Assembly (NCBI GenBank): GCA_048013815.1
Contig: CM106586.1
Coordinates: 16,244,001 to 16,308,000 of the forward strand
Direction of reading: 5' to 3'
DNA from: Setoptus koraiensis
Taxonomy: Eukaryota > Animalia > Arthropoda
Length of the DNA stretch: 64,000 nt
A program made the translations under genes and the position numbers. How positions within the stretch are numbered: position 1 is the first letter of the stretch; every line of letters starts with the position of its first letter. The notes under the pieces were generated by a model. It made no database searches. It saw nothing but the letters and a program-made list of their open reading frames with translations, and was not told the origin of the DNA. Below, in pieces: positions 25,851-36,730 of the stretch.

Positions 25851-26210
25851 GATGATACAATTAGTTAACGTGAGGTGATACAATTAGTTAACGTGAGGTG
25901 ATATAATTAATTGACGTGAGATGATATAATTAATTAATGTAAGATGATTCAGCTGATTTAGGCGGGATAATTCAACTAATTAACGTGAGATGATTTAACT
26001 GATTTAGGCGGGATGATTTAACTGATCAACATGAGATGATTTAGCTGATTTGGGTAGGATAATTTAACTGATTTAGATGAGATAATTTAACTGGTTCAGG
26101 TGAGTTGAGTTAACTGATTTAGCTGAGATGAGTTAGCTAATTTAGGTGAGATGATTTAATTGATTTGGGCGGGATAATTTGATTAATTTGCGCGAGATTA
26201 CTTAATAAAT
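25851..26210. repeat. Degenerate 23-bp minisatellite, about 15 copies (consensus near aactgatttaggtgagatgattt), abutting the start codon
   Basis: Units can be aligned by eye at a 22-23 bp period. Confidence 0.85.
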
Positions 26211-26225
26211 TCAGGGCACCCAATC

Positions 26226-26288
26226 GACTCGAGCTCACTAATTTACTCGAGCTCACTAATTGACTCGAGCTCACTAATTGACTCGAGC
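26226..26288. repeat. 18-bp tandem repeat (gactcgagctcactaatt) x3.5
   Basis: Read directly. Confidence 0.9.
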
Positions 26289-29200
26289 CGTCGATTGATC
26301 AATCTTAGCAATTAGTTTCAATTCTGGTGCCCGTCGTGGTCGTCGCGATTGCGCAATGAATGCTCAATTAACTGACAAGTTGAGAGCAGTTAAATCAATG
26401 CAACTGGCGCGTGCCAGCCAAGCGCTGAATCATAGTCGTAGTGAATACGTACCATAGTGGTCATAATTACAATGGTGTTAAATTACGTTGATGCGATGAA
26501 GCGTCGTCTTAAACTAATTGCGTCAATCAATTATTAATTGTTAATTGTGTGTGTTGTAGTGACTTTGTTTTGTTGCTCGCCCAGTGGCGCTTAATTGTTA
26601 ATTTGTGACTCACAAACAAATAATTTGTGAGTTCGTTCATTTGGTCGCTTGTCACTTGTCGGCAAGCGCGATCACAATGGCACGAATTTTGCGCACGAGT
26701 TACGTGATGGTTGCGTTGTTGTTGTTGCTGTTGCTGTTGTTGTGTTGGTATCATAAATAATTAAATAATAATAACAATGAATGAACTGAACGCGCGCGCC
26801 AGGTCATTTGTTATCGCTCAGTCACTGTATAATGTTGCATTGGCTGGCTCATACCGATTAGACGAGCAACTTAGACGAGCAACAAGGGAGATGTGCAATT
26901 AGCGCAATTGTTTGCCGCAGCACTCTGGCCGTTCAGCGAAGCCGTTCAGCGAAGCCGAGCCAGCCCGAGCCGTCCACTGACCTGCCCCCTGGAGCTGGCT
27001 CGTTTGTGGCCAGCTTTTGGCTGAATATTATCATTGTTGGATACAATGTAGAGAGAGAGCGCAACAAGTGCACTCCTCTCTGCCTCAACTGGCTCGGCTT
27101 CGCTGGCGCGCCAAGGCGCGTTATTGTTCAGCGCTGGCGAGATCGGCCTAACGGTCAGCGGACTGGCCGATGGAGCCGCAAACCTGTTGCTGTTGTGCGT
27201 TGCCGTTGTCCGTCGCTGTTGTCGTCGCCGTTGCCGTCGTTGTTGCTGTCGGTGTTGCTGTTGCTGTTGTGCGCTGTTCGTTGATGTTGCTGTTGTCCGT
27301 CGATGTTGCTGTCGGTGTTGGCCGTGTCTCGGCGAACAGTTGTTTGCCGACGAGGAACAGCCAGTGCATCGCCGCAGCGACAACAACGACAACGCCAACA
27401 ACAACAACAACGGCAACATCAACAGACAACAACAACATCAACGGACAACAACAACATCAACGGACAGCAACAACGGCAACAACGACGGCAACGACGACGG
27501 CAACAGCGACGCCAGCGACGGCGAACCGCTTCGGAGCAGACTACTTTCACTCTATTAACTGGCCACTATTCACTCGCCAAGTGACTCGGTCGCCTGTTGC
27601 GCTCGCCGTCCACTCAATCTGGCGAGCCAGTGCGGCCAATATGCGACGGCCAATATGCGAGTCAATGCGGCCAGCGCGGCCAGTCGATGCGGCCAGCGCG
27701 GCCAGCCAGTCTGGCCAGCCAGCGAATCAATGCGCCCGGTCGGTACGGCGAGCGGGCGAGTAGGTGGCGGCGCTGATAAATGCGAGCGTAATCGCCGTTG
27801 TGCGTTGCCGCCAAAACTTGCCTCGCTCACTCTCTCTGTCTCTGTCTCGAAAACTTCTTGTTTGCTCGAGTGGTGCTGATTGCGCAACAATGACTAACTG
27901 TAAATCAAGAGCGTTATCATTATTTGCGCCGCGCACAATCCCGAGCCTCGCGCGGCCACTCTCGGCCTGGCGCGACCCGGCCCGACGAGCGAACGGCATT
28001 TTTATTGCTTATTATTAATGCTATTACCATTATTATTATTACTATTATTATTCACCTGTTGCTCATCATCACTTATGTTGGCCAATGCGAGATGAACCAT
28101 ATGTCAGCGCCCGAAGGGTGTCTTATCTCGCCATCGCGCTTAGGTCACTCTCGCTGTCGCTCTCGCTTGCTGGCGAAACGTTGCGGCTTGCCGTGCGACA
28201 AGCGGCTATTTATAGCCGCGCTCCGGCTAGCGCAATCGCTGCGCTGCCCGGCCGCCCGACCGACTGACCGACCAGTTCCAGCGTCGGGCCAGATCGAGAT
28301 CAATTGGAGCAAGCTGCTGCCCACTCCCTGCGCGCATGCAGCGCCGCCGCCGACCAATCAGCGCCGAGTGGGCATCTCAAACTGGCCAATTGAATCTCGT
28401 AATCAGGATAACAGAGTTAGGAATTGCCCGAGAATCTGTTTGTTGTTTTTTTGCTCTAATTCGCTAATGCTTATCTCTGCCGCCCAACACTGGCCACAAG
28501 CGGCCGCACGCCGCCCAGAGATTCTCTGGCAGAGCGGCGCCGATGTTCGGCCGAAGCGACGATTCTCGGCCGGGGCGCCAGCGCCCACAACGGCGACCCG
28601 TTCGGCCGAAAATCGTCGCTTCCCTCAGAGAATTCCTCCGGGCGACACGGGCGCCTCTCAAGTCTGAGAGCCGCAACAAGGGCGACCGTTCTCCGCTCGG
28701 GCCAGATCGAGCGAGATCGAGCGCGATCGGGCCGGATTGGGCCGTGTCGAGCGACCGCGCGCCCGGGAGGTGCCGGCCAGCAACCATTAATCTTGCCACA
28801 AACAATCAACACAATCGCTCGTTAGTTCAAACATTATGGCACGATTATCAACAGCGACAGCGCCAACTGACCACACGACCGACCATGAGACACCAATAGA
28901 TCACTCTGGCGGCCACAACTGACCACTTGCGCCGCCAAGATTGTTGCACACACACACGCACACACACTAGTGCACTATTGACTCCAGTATTGACTCCAGT
29001 ATTGACTCTAGTATTGAGGGGAAAGAGTAAAGGGGGAAAAAGTTGTGTGCATGACGTAATGCGATAGTTTATTATTACGCAATCACATGCGCAAGTGCCA
29101 ACTGTGAGTGCCACGCAACACAGGCTGACAAGTGAGATTGTTTGCGCACTGTTTGCTCGTCTAGTTTTATATTGCTCGCACGCACACGATAACACAATAA

Positions 29201-31069
29201 CAATAGTGATGTAATAGCGATATTATGTAATAGCAACATGATGCAACAGCAATGGCAGTAATGATGCGGATGTGCCTATATTTATTGTTGGCTTATTTGC
29301 ATATTGGCCGCGGCACAATCGCGCTGGCCGCGCTGGCGAGCTGAGCTCACAAAAGCTTGTCAGCTGTTCAGCGTTGCAACTCGCTGTCTGCGGAGCCATT
29401 TGAGCGGGCGCTGTTGCCATTAGCTGGCGCGTAAACTGGCGCACTCCGGGTCTCGGGCGTCGGTGCGGCCGGTCAATTTTCGGCCCGAGACAGACTGCGC
29501 CAAACAAAATCGCTCGGCTGGCATCGGCTGTTTGCGGGGCGCTCGTCGAGTTAATTAGACCCGACATTGGCTTACCTGTGCGGCCGTAAAGCGCTCACCT
29601 TGCGCTCGCAGTCGGCAGGGCTCACGGCGCGGCCAGGGCCCGGGTAATCGGGTAATTGGGTCGCCGTTGGCCGGCGCCCGGCAAACAATCGAGTGCGCCA
29701 AACGGGCGACTGGTCAGTGCAAATTGTCAATTGTTGTGCCGTGTCAGTGTCACAAAATTGTCATCAACAAGTAGAGCGGTTGACGCAAATGGCCACTCGC
29801 GGGCAGTTTATCGCCATCGCACGCCGCTGGCGTGTCGTATGCTGTGCGACACGCCAGCAGCAGCGCGCTGTCAAACAATTAATCGATTCTGGGCCGGGCC
29901 CGGCTAACTGGACCGCCGATCGGGCCGTCGCACCGCCGCCGCCAGCAGACGGGCGCAGCCAGTGACGAGAGCGCCGCGGAGCCGCGCGAACTCAATCGAA
30001 GCGAAACGTATCGATTCGAAGCGATTCGCCGCGAATCATTCGCGAGCCCGTTCGGGGGCGAGCGCAGCGATCGCTGGCGCTCAGCGACCAGTTGACGAGT
30101 GCGGCAGCAGCCGCACAATTCCGATGCACAGTCCGTACCGCGTGTCGGGCCGCCCGTCGACTCACCAGCGGCACCGTTGCTGCCCCCGAAGGCTGCGCGT
30201 TGGCTGCGCGTTGGAGCTGTCGCAACGGCTCGCCGCCGACGGTCCGAGCGATTCCAGCGATTCGAACCGTTCGAACCGTTGCAACGGCGAGAGCCACCAG
30301 AAGCGCCCAAGCGACGCTGATGCGACGGGCGCGTCGGGCCGGCGCCGGCCCAACAGCGAACGGGCGAACGGGCGCCGAGACTGGCCACGGGCAACGCGAA
30401 AATCGCGGCAAATCAATCTTACGTAACCGTACACTCCCAGACAGCGGCGTTTCGATTGCGGCCCGTCGGACAGATTGCGACGCGATCTGTCTGGACCGTT
30501 GCAATGACCGGCGCGCTGCGTCCAATGTTATTACGCATTATGTAACTTGCATAATGTAAGTGCTTTATGATGTCGTGAGCGTGCAACATATTTATCGTTA
30601 TATAACCGATGCATAACCATCAATAGGCGGCGAATAGGTGAGAGTAGGCGAGAGTGTGTGAACGGCGACAGTGACGGGCAGCTTTGCGCCCATTTGTTTG
30701 TCGCCACCCATCTGGTCAGCGGTGGCGTTGCTCTGGTGATTGCAGTTGCGATAACGACCAGAATCTGGTTGTGACCAGAGTGCGATTGCGGCCGAGTCGT
30801 TGCGCAAACCAGTCACTCATTGGTCACTCGCTCTCATTTCTCAAGGTTGTCCCGTTGAGTGGCGTCGAATGGCGTCGGACGCCATCGAATGCCGTCGAAT
30901 GCCGTTGCACAACACAAAGTTCTGGCAATCGCATGCAAATCAAGGTAAACATCGGATTGTGTGCGCGTCGCACGAGCTGAGTGATTAACTGGCGGCGATA
31001 CTTGAGCGGCCGATAGCAACAACCGTCATCTCGGCCGCTCGCCGTTGCTGCCAACACCGAAATTGCATT

Positions 31070-31255
31070 TCGACGATTGCGAGTTCGAAGTTCGAAATTC
31101 GAACTGCGAACGCTGAACTCGACGATTGCGAATTCGAAATTCGAACTGCGGACTCGAAGGCTGCAAATTCGAACTTGGAACTCGAAAATGGAAATTCGAA
31201 ATTGAAACTCGAAGATTGCGAACTCGAAATGGAAGTTCGAACTGGGAACTTCGGG
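31070..31255. repeat. Degenerate ~7-bp TTCGAA-rich repeat
   Basis: Recurrent ttcgaa(a/g/c) and ctcgaa units. Confidence 0.75.
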
Positions 31256-33350
31256 CGACGACGTGCCCACTGGCGCTTCGGCGTTCGGCGTTCGCCGCGA
31301 ACTGCGAACTTCCAAGGTTGACGCCGATTAAACAAAAACCAGCTCGCGAGTGCGTGCGTGTGACTCGCAGAGTGTGTGTGTGTGTGTGTGTCGCAGGGTG
31401 TGTGCGTGTGTGTGTCGCAAAGTGTGTGCGTGTGTGTGTGTGTGTGGGAGAGAGAGGGACGGACAGAAGTGGCGCACAATCAACAGATGGCAGCCACCGA
31501 CCATGGGAGAATCGGCGCATAATATAACAGCTCGCGTAGCCGCTATTATACATTTGTTGAATCTGAGACCGGGCGACGGGGCGACACTGCGCCCGCCGCG
31601 TTCGACAAGAAGCGATTATCGCGGGCCAGCCGATTACGTGTTTTTCGAGCACGTCGCTGGCAAACGTTGGCACCACGCCAAGTGGCGCACAATGGCCAAA
31701 CAACAAAACGGGCCAACGGAGAGCGAAAGTGAGGCCCGGCCCGACGCTCCCCCCCCGCGCCAGTCGCCGGCCGCGAGAGGCTGCCGGTCGCGGGAGGCTG
31801 CGAGCTGGAAGAAGCCCCCGTCCAGTTGAATGGGTCGAGAGCCGCGGCGAGCGCCACGCCGACAAGCGCGACAGCGCGACAGCCCGACATGCCGAGAGTG
31901 ATGAATCGGGCCGCGATTGCGTCACCGGCGCCGCCGCCATTACATAACTGTCAGTGTGTGTGTGTGTGTGCGACAGGGACATGGCTGCTTACGTAACGTC
32001 GCCGGGCGCGCAGACACATAGCGACAGCATCAAGTATTTGCCCGCTGGCCGCCATGGGCAGCATCGTTGGCGTTAGCGGTGGCATTAGCAGTGGCTATTC
32101 GCTTGTTGCGTCATCACACACACACACACACACACACACACATTTTGTGACACACACACACACACTCGCTGCAGCGACAGTTGCGATACCTGAGAGCGGT
32201 GTGTCGCAATCGTTGTTGCGCAACAATTGTTTTTGTTGTGCTGTGACAACGGTGTTAGGTAACAGTTAACGAGAGCAACAGTTTAAACTGCTTTTTGCTG
32301 TTTGCACACACTGACGCGACACACAAACAATAAATCGAGCCGAGTAAGTAGCGAAAGTATTGCGTCATCGAGCAACAAGTCCCAGTGCAAATTGCGTCGT
32401 CTGCCCGCCCGTCCGTCCGTTCAGGCATAACACGTCGGGTGACCCGCATCGTCGGCGGCCCGACGGAGGTGATGCGGGTCACACAGTGAGCGAACGTCTG
32501 TTGCGCAATTCGCGCACTTATATTATTAAATAATTTCGTTGGCGAACGGCGACGCCCCAAGATGGATGCGGCGGCGGCGTCGCGGGCCGCGAGCCGCGAG
32601 TTGTCGCCAGCGGAGCTGGCAACTGCGAGTCGCCGATTCGCGGTTCCATTGGCCGCCGGATCGCCGCGGGAATCGGTGGGTCGAGGCTCGAATTGGATCC
32701 AGAGACGGATTGGTCGGTCGCGGCTGGAATGGGCGGCTGACTGCGACGGCCGCGCCCGAGGTGTCGGTGGCCGAGCGAAAGAATGGAGATAAAAATCGCG
32801 TCTGCACACGAGTTGTTGTGATAGTGATTGTGATTGGATTGCGTTGGCCGCCGCTCGGGTTGCCGCTGGAATGCGCCGCGCCGCGACACCGTGCGCCCCC
32901 GGCCCGAGACGCCACAGTGAGTTGTGGTGCCACTGTGAGGGGGCAACTGTGCCGAATTCCAAGTTTGAGTTTCAATGTTTGCCGTACATTGCGTACGTTT
33001 ATGCATGCATTATTACGTAATGTACGTATAATCGTGTGTATGGGCAGAGGCAGTGGCGCGAACGCAAACAAACGCGACAAGAGCACAGCGCACTAGAGAG
33101 CGAGAATTAATCCGCGCGTCTTACGTAACCGGGCCACTTTGGTCGCCATGATGCGCCATTATCTGTCTATGTGTGTGTGTGTGTTATCGCTACTCAACAG
33201 CCAGTTAAATCCAGCAACAAATCAACAAAGTGACGCAACGCAAACAGCCAGCGGACAGTCGAGCAGACAAACAGACAAGTAGGCAAATAGGCAAATGGTC
33301 ACAATGGTCAGTCGATAGCAAAACTTTTTCGTCGTGTCCACTGGCCGGGC

Positions 33351-33455
33351 TCTTACGCCATATCTGCTTACGCAATGTCTGCTTACGCAATGCTCGCTTA
33401 CGCCAGATAGGCTTGCGCCAGATCTGCTTGCGCGATATATGTTTGCGTAATCTTT
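33351..33455. repeat. Degenerate 15-bp tandem repeat (gctt(a/g)cgc...), about 7 copies
   Basis: Read directly; contains TTACGCAA twice and TTGCGTAA once. Confidence 0.75.
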
Positions 33456-34756
33456 GCATCCAATTTGCGAGTTCCAGATCGAACAGTCTCCAAAATGGTC
33501 AAGTTGGTATGTGTGTCGAGCGGATTGTCGGCGGCGGGCGACCGCTCGTGCCTGTCCGCTTAGGTCGTGCGCGGGTCGCGCTCGAAAGTCGCTCGAAAGT
33601 CGCATGAAAGTCGCATGCTAACGTATGCTAATGAGCCAGCTAATAAGCGACGGACACACAACAAATGAGCACTTGGCCATTGGACTCAAATGATTTGAGC
33701 CAGTGGCGGCCGCGGTGCTCGGGCAAATCGGATTGCAGCGGCGCTAATGATTCACCGGGCCATCCGATGGCGATTATCACGTCATTAACAGCGCTCGCTG
33801 TTGCCGAGACGGCGGCGGCGGCGACATCGCGGGCAACGGCGGCGACATCGCCGACAATGGCGGCGTCATCGGCACCCGCGACAGCGTTTTGTTAGCGCCC
33901 GATCGCACGCGACAAACCGAGAACAAGCGAACGAGTGCGCCCTCGCCTATGCTCGCTTTGTCACTCACCTCGGGCTCGCTCGGGCTCGCTCGGGACTCTT
34001 GGTTTGGCTCGGTTTGGCTCGCTTCGGACGCTCGGTTTGGCCGGTTTTGGACTGTCGGTTCGGCCGGCGCTCGGTTCGGCAGCACTGGCAGCCCAGTTAA
34101 TTTCAATCAGCTGGCTTCATTGCATAATACGCGATATTGGCCGTTGGCGCGCCGTCGATGCGGCTGCCGGTCGCTCGTCGGCCACGCAAGCGGCCCGTCG
34201 ACCGGACAATGCAACCGAGCGGACGCAGGCGCAACGAGCGACCGAAGCAACGAGCGACCGAGCCAACAGCTCGCCGCGGCCACTGAGACTGCCGGCCACT
34301 GAGGCTGGGCTTGGCCGGCCCACGGCAACAACCTGTCCGTCTCGGCGAGACGAGCGCGCAGGCTCAGCAAACAACAGTCAGCTCGGCTCGCCTGATCCCT
34401 GGCCACTATCATTAGTGCCTTTGTGTGCGTTCGGACGGTGACTCTCGGCAGCGTCGAAGGCTTCGACGGGGCAGCGAGCGAGCGAAGAAGCAGCTAAGAA
34501 CGAGCGAAGAACGAGCGACGAAGCAGCGACAGGAGTGACAAAAGAAGCAGATTAGCCGCTGTCGCTCGTTTGGCGCGGATGACAATAATACAACTATGAT
34601 AATGCGACCGAGCAGCGCCAGTTAACCCCAAGTGGCTGGCGCACAAACGAAATTAGTTGTTACAAATGGACACCGAGCGCTGGTAATGGCACAACAATGA
34701 CGACAGCGACGACGCCCGCTCGCTTCGCTGTTGCGCTGACGGGCTCACGGGCTGGT

Positions 34757-34840
34757 TTGCGGACGGGCTCGCTTGCGGACGGGCTCGTTTGCGGACGGGC
34801 TCGCTTGCGGACGGGCTCGTTTGCGGACGGGCTCGTTTGC
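34757..34840. repeat. 16-bp tandem repeat (ttgcggacgggctcg(c/t)) x5
   Basis: Read directly. Confidence 0.9.
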
Positions 34841-35137
34841 CGTCGCGGACCGGCTACTCGGCAACGAAAGCAGTGGTCAGTGGCATTCGGGTTCATTGTC
34901 TCCAACTGCTGTTGCGCGCCCGTTGATGGCCGCTGGCCGGCGCAACAGCCACCCGTGGCGAAGGTTAATTTATGATTACCTTTCGATTGATTGTTGATAT
35001 CAGTCAGCGTGTTTGGCCACATTAAATCTGGCCAGGCACTGCGCTGATGTTGTTGTGGCAACGGGCGGATCTAAATGTGTTTATATCTGTTTATGTCTCT
35101 CTCGGCCGCTGTCGCTGCGCTGTCTCGGCGCATATCT

Positions 35138-35298
35138 GGAGCTGCCCGTCGCTTACCGGGAGCTGCCCGTCGCTTACCGGGAGCTGCCCGTCGCGGCCCG
35201 TCGGCGCACCGACAGCCAGAGACGGCCGGCGCACCGACAGCCAGAGACGGCCGGCGCACCGACAGCCAGAGACGGCCGGCGCACCGACAGCCAGAGAC
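35138..35298. repeat. Adjacent 21-bp (ggagctgcccgtcgcttaccg, x2.7) and 25-bp (cggcgcaccgacagccagagacggc, x3.9) tandem repeats
   Basis: Read directly. Confidence 0.9.
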
Positions 35299-35977
35299 GA
35301 GCGGGCGAGCCGCGGGTAACCGAGCGGGCGAGCCGCCGGCCGGCGAGAGTCGGACGGGCATCGTTGCTGGGCGGCGCCGCGAGAGGCAACAAGTAGTTTA
35401 TGATTGGAACAAATTATATTAGCGCGCCGATGATACGCCTCGTTGTTTATTGTTGTGTGTCGTTGCGCAACCTTGTCTGCCCGGCCCGCAACAAGCGCAA
35501 CAAGCACAAGCGAGCTGAAACGAACGGCTGGCCAAATTGAAATTGTAATATTGTAATAAAACGACGACGACGACGACGACGATTGTTTCTCGGCCGCTCG
35601 ACGCGCACATTAATCTCTCGTGGCCTCATCAATCTTAATGGTGTTAGCACCAGCTATGCAAATGACCGGCCGTTTGTGCGCTCAAATTGAAACCAAATTG
35701 ACAGCCAGTGCCCACTAAGCTAACTGGCGGCCGTCGCTAAGCCATCATCAATATTGCATAACAATTACGGCCGCCCGACGGCGCCGGATTGCATCGATGC
35801 CAGCCATTGCCGGTGTCAGCTAATATCAGCTCACTTGCGAGTTGTGTTGTATTGATTGTTGTCCGACACAACAACCAACAAATGATGACATGATAAATGG
35901 GGCGCGCAGTGGCGATATTGTTGCGCCAGCCGAGTGATAGATGCACAGTGTGTTTAGATGCACAGTGTGCTCAGATG

Positions 35978-35981
<4 letters not shown>

Positions 35982-36032
<51 letters not shown>
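35982..36032. repeat. (TG)n microsatellite
   Basis: Uninterrupted run. Confidence 0.95.
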
Positions 36033-36038
<6 letters not shown>

Positions 36039-36607
36039 TGTGTGTGCGTGTGCGCCACCGGCCAAAGCAATTGATCATGATCAACAGGTGATATTTGGCT
36101 CTAGGTGATCACGATCGGCGCATTATAATGACGTAACCAGCGCCCGACGATGATCGGCGTCGTCGGCGGCTCGGCTCGGGCAGCGCGGCCGCCGGCTGGC
36201 CGGTGACGCTCGGGCCGGCACCGTCTGGCGGGCGACGGACAGCGATATGTAACATGCACAACGACTTGTCGGTGCAACATTTTCAATCGCGGCATATGCC
36301 CGATCGCCGGCACTCGGGCCGCGGCGGTGCGAACGGCTGGACACTGCGCTGGACACTGCGCTGGACATGAGCGCGTCAGATATTGGGTATTATGAGCGCC
36401 AGATATTGCATGTATATCGGGCGTCACATATCGGCCGCCCGAAACCATCAGCGACACCAAGTGACACCACCAAGCCTATTAATCATGGCGCTGCGAATGA
36501 TCAATTGGCCAAATTGGCTGCCATGCCAACTCAACAAAGTGGGCACGGTCACTGAGATTATTTCAAATTATTTCGTCCATCAGGTGTGTCCGGCGCATCG
36601 GCGCTGC

Positions 36608-36730
36608 CTGACCAGTGCCTGGCCAGTGCTCGACCAGTGCTTGACCAGTGCTTGACCAGTGCACCAATATTGTGTCCAATGTTGGACGGTGCACCAACAT
36701 GCTGGACGGTGCACCAACTTGTTGCACGGT
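36608..36730. repeat. 11-bp (ttgaccagtgc) and 20-bp (ggacggtgcaccaacatgct-like) tandem repeats
   Basis: Read directly; copies are degenerate. Confidence 0.75.

Noticed and set aside
25851-26288. Periodic arrays as CRISPR
   Set aside because: They are head-to-tail tandem repeats with no unique spacers, in a eukaryotic context with no cas genes.
26946-27422. 158-aa ORF with a signal-peptide-like start
   Set aside because: The hydrophobic start comes from a (TTG/TTGTC) repeat, several frames are equally open and there is no independent coding signal.
31070-31255. TTC/GAA-rich repeat as a heat-shock element array
   Set aside because: HSEs need nGAAnnTTCn spacing. Here TTC-GAA are adjacent and GAA-n-TTC have a 1-nt gap.
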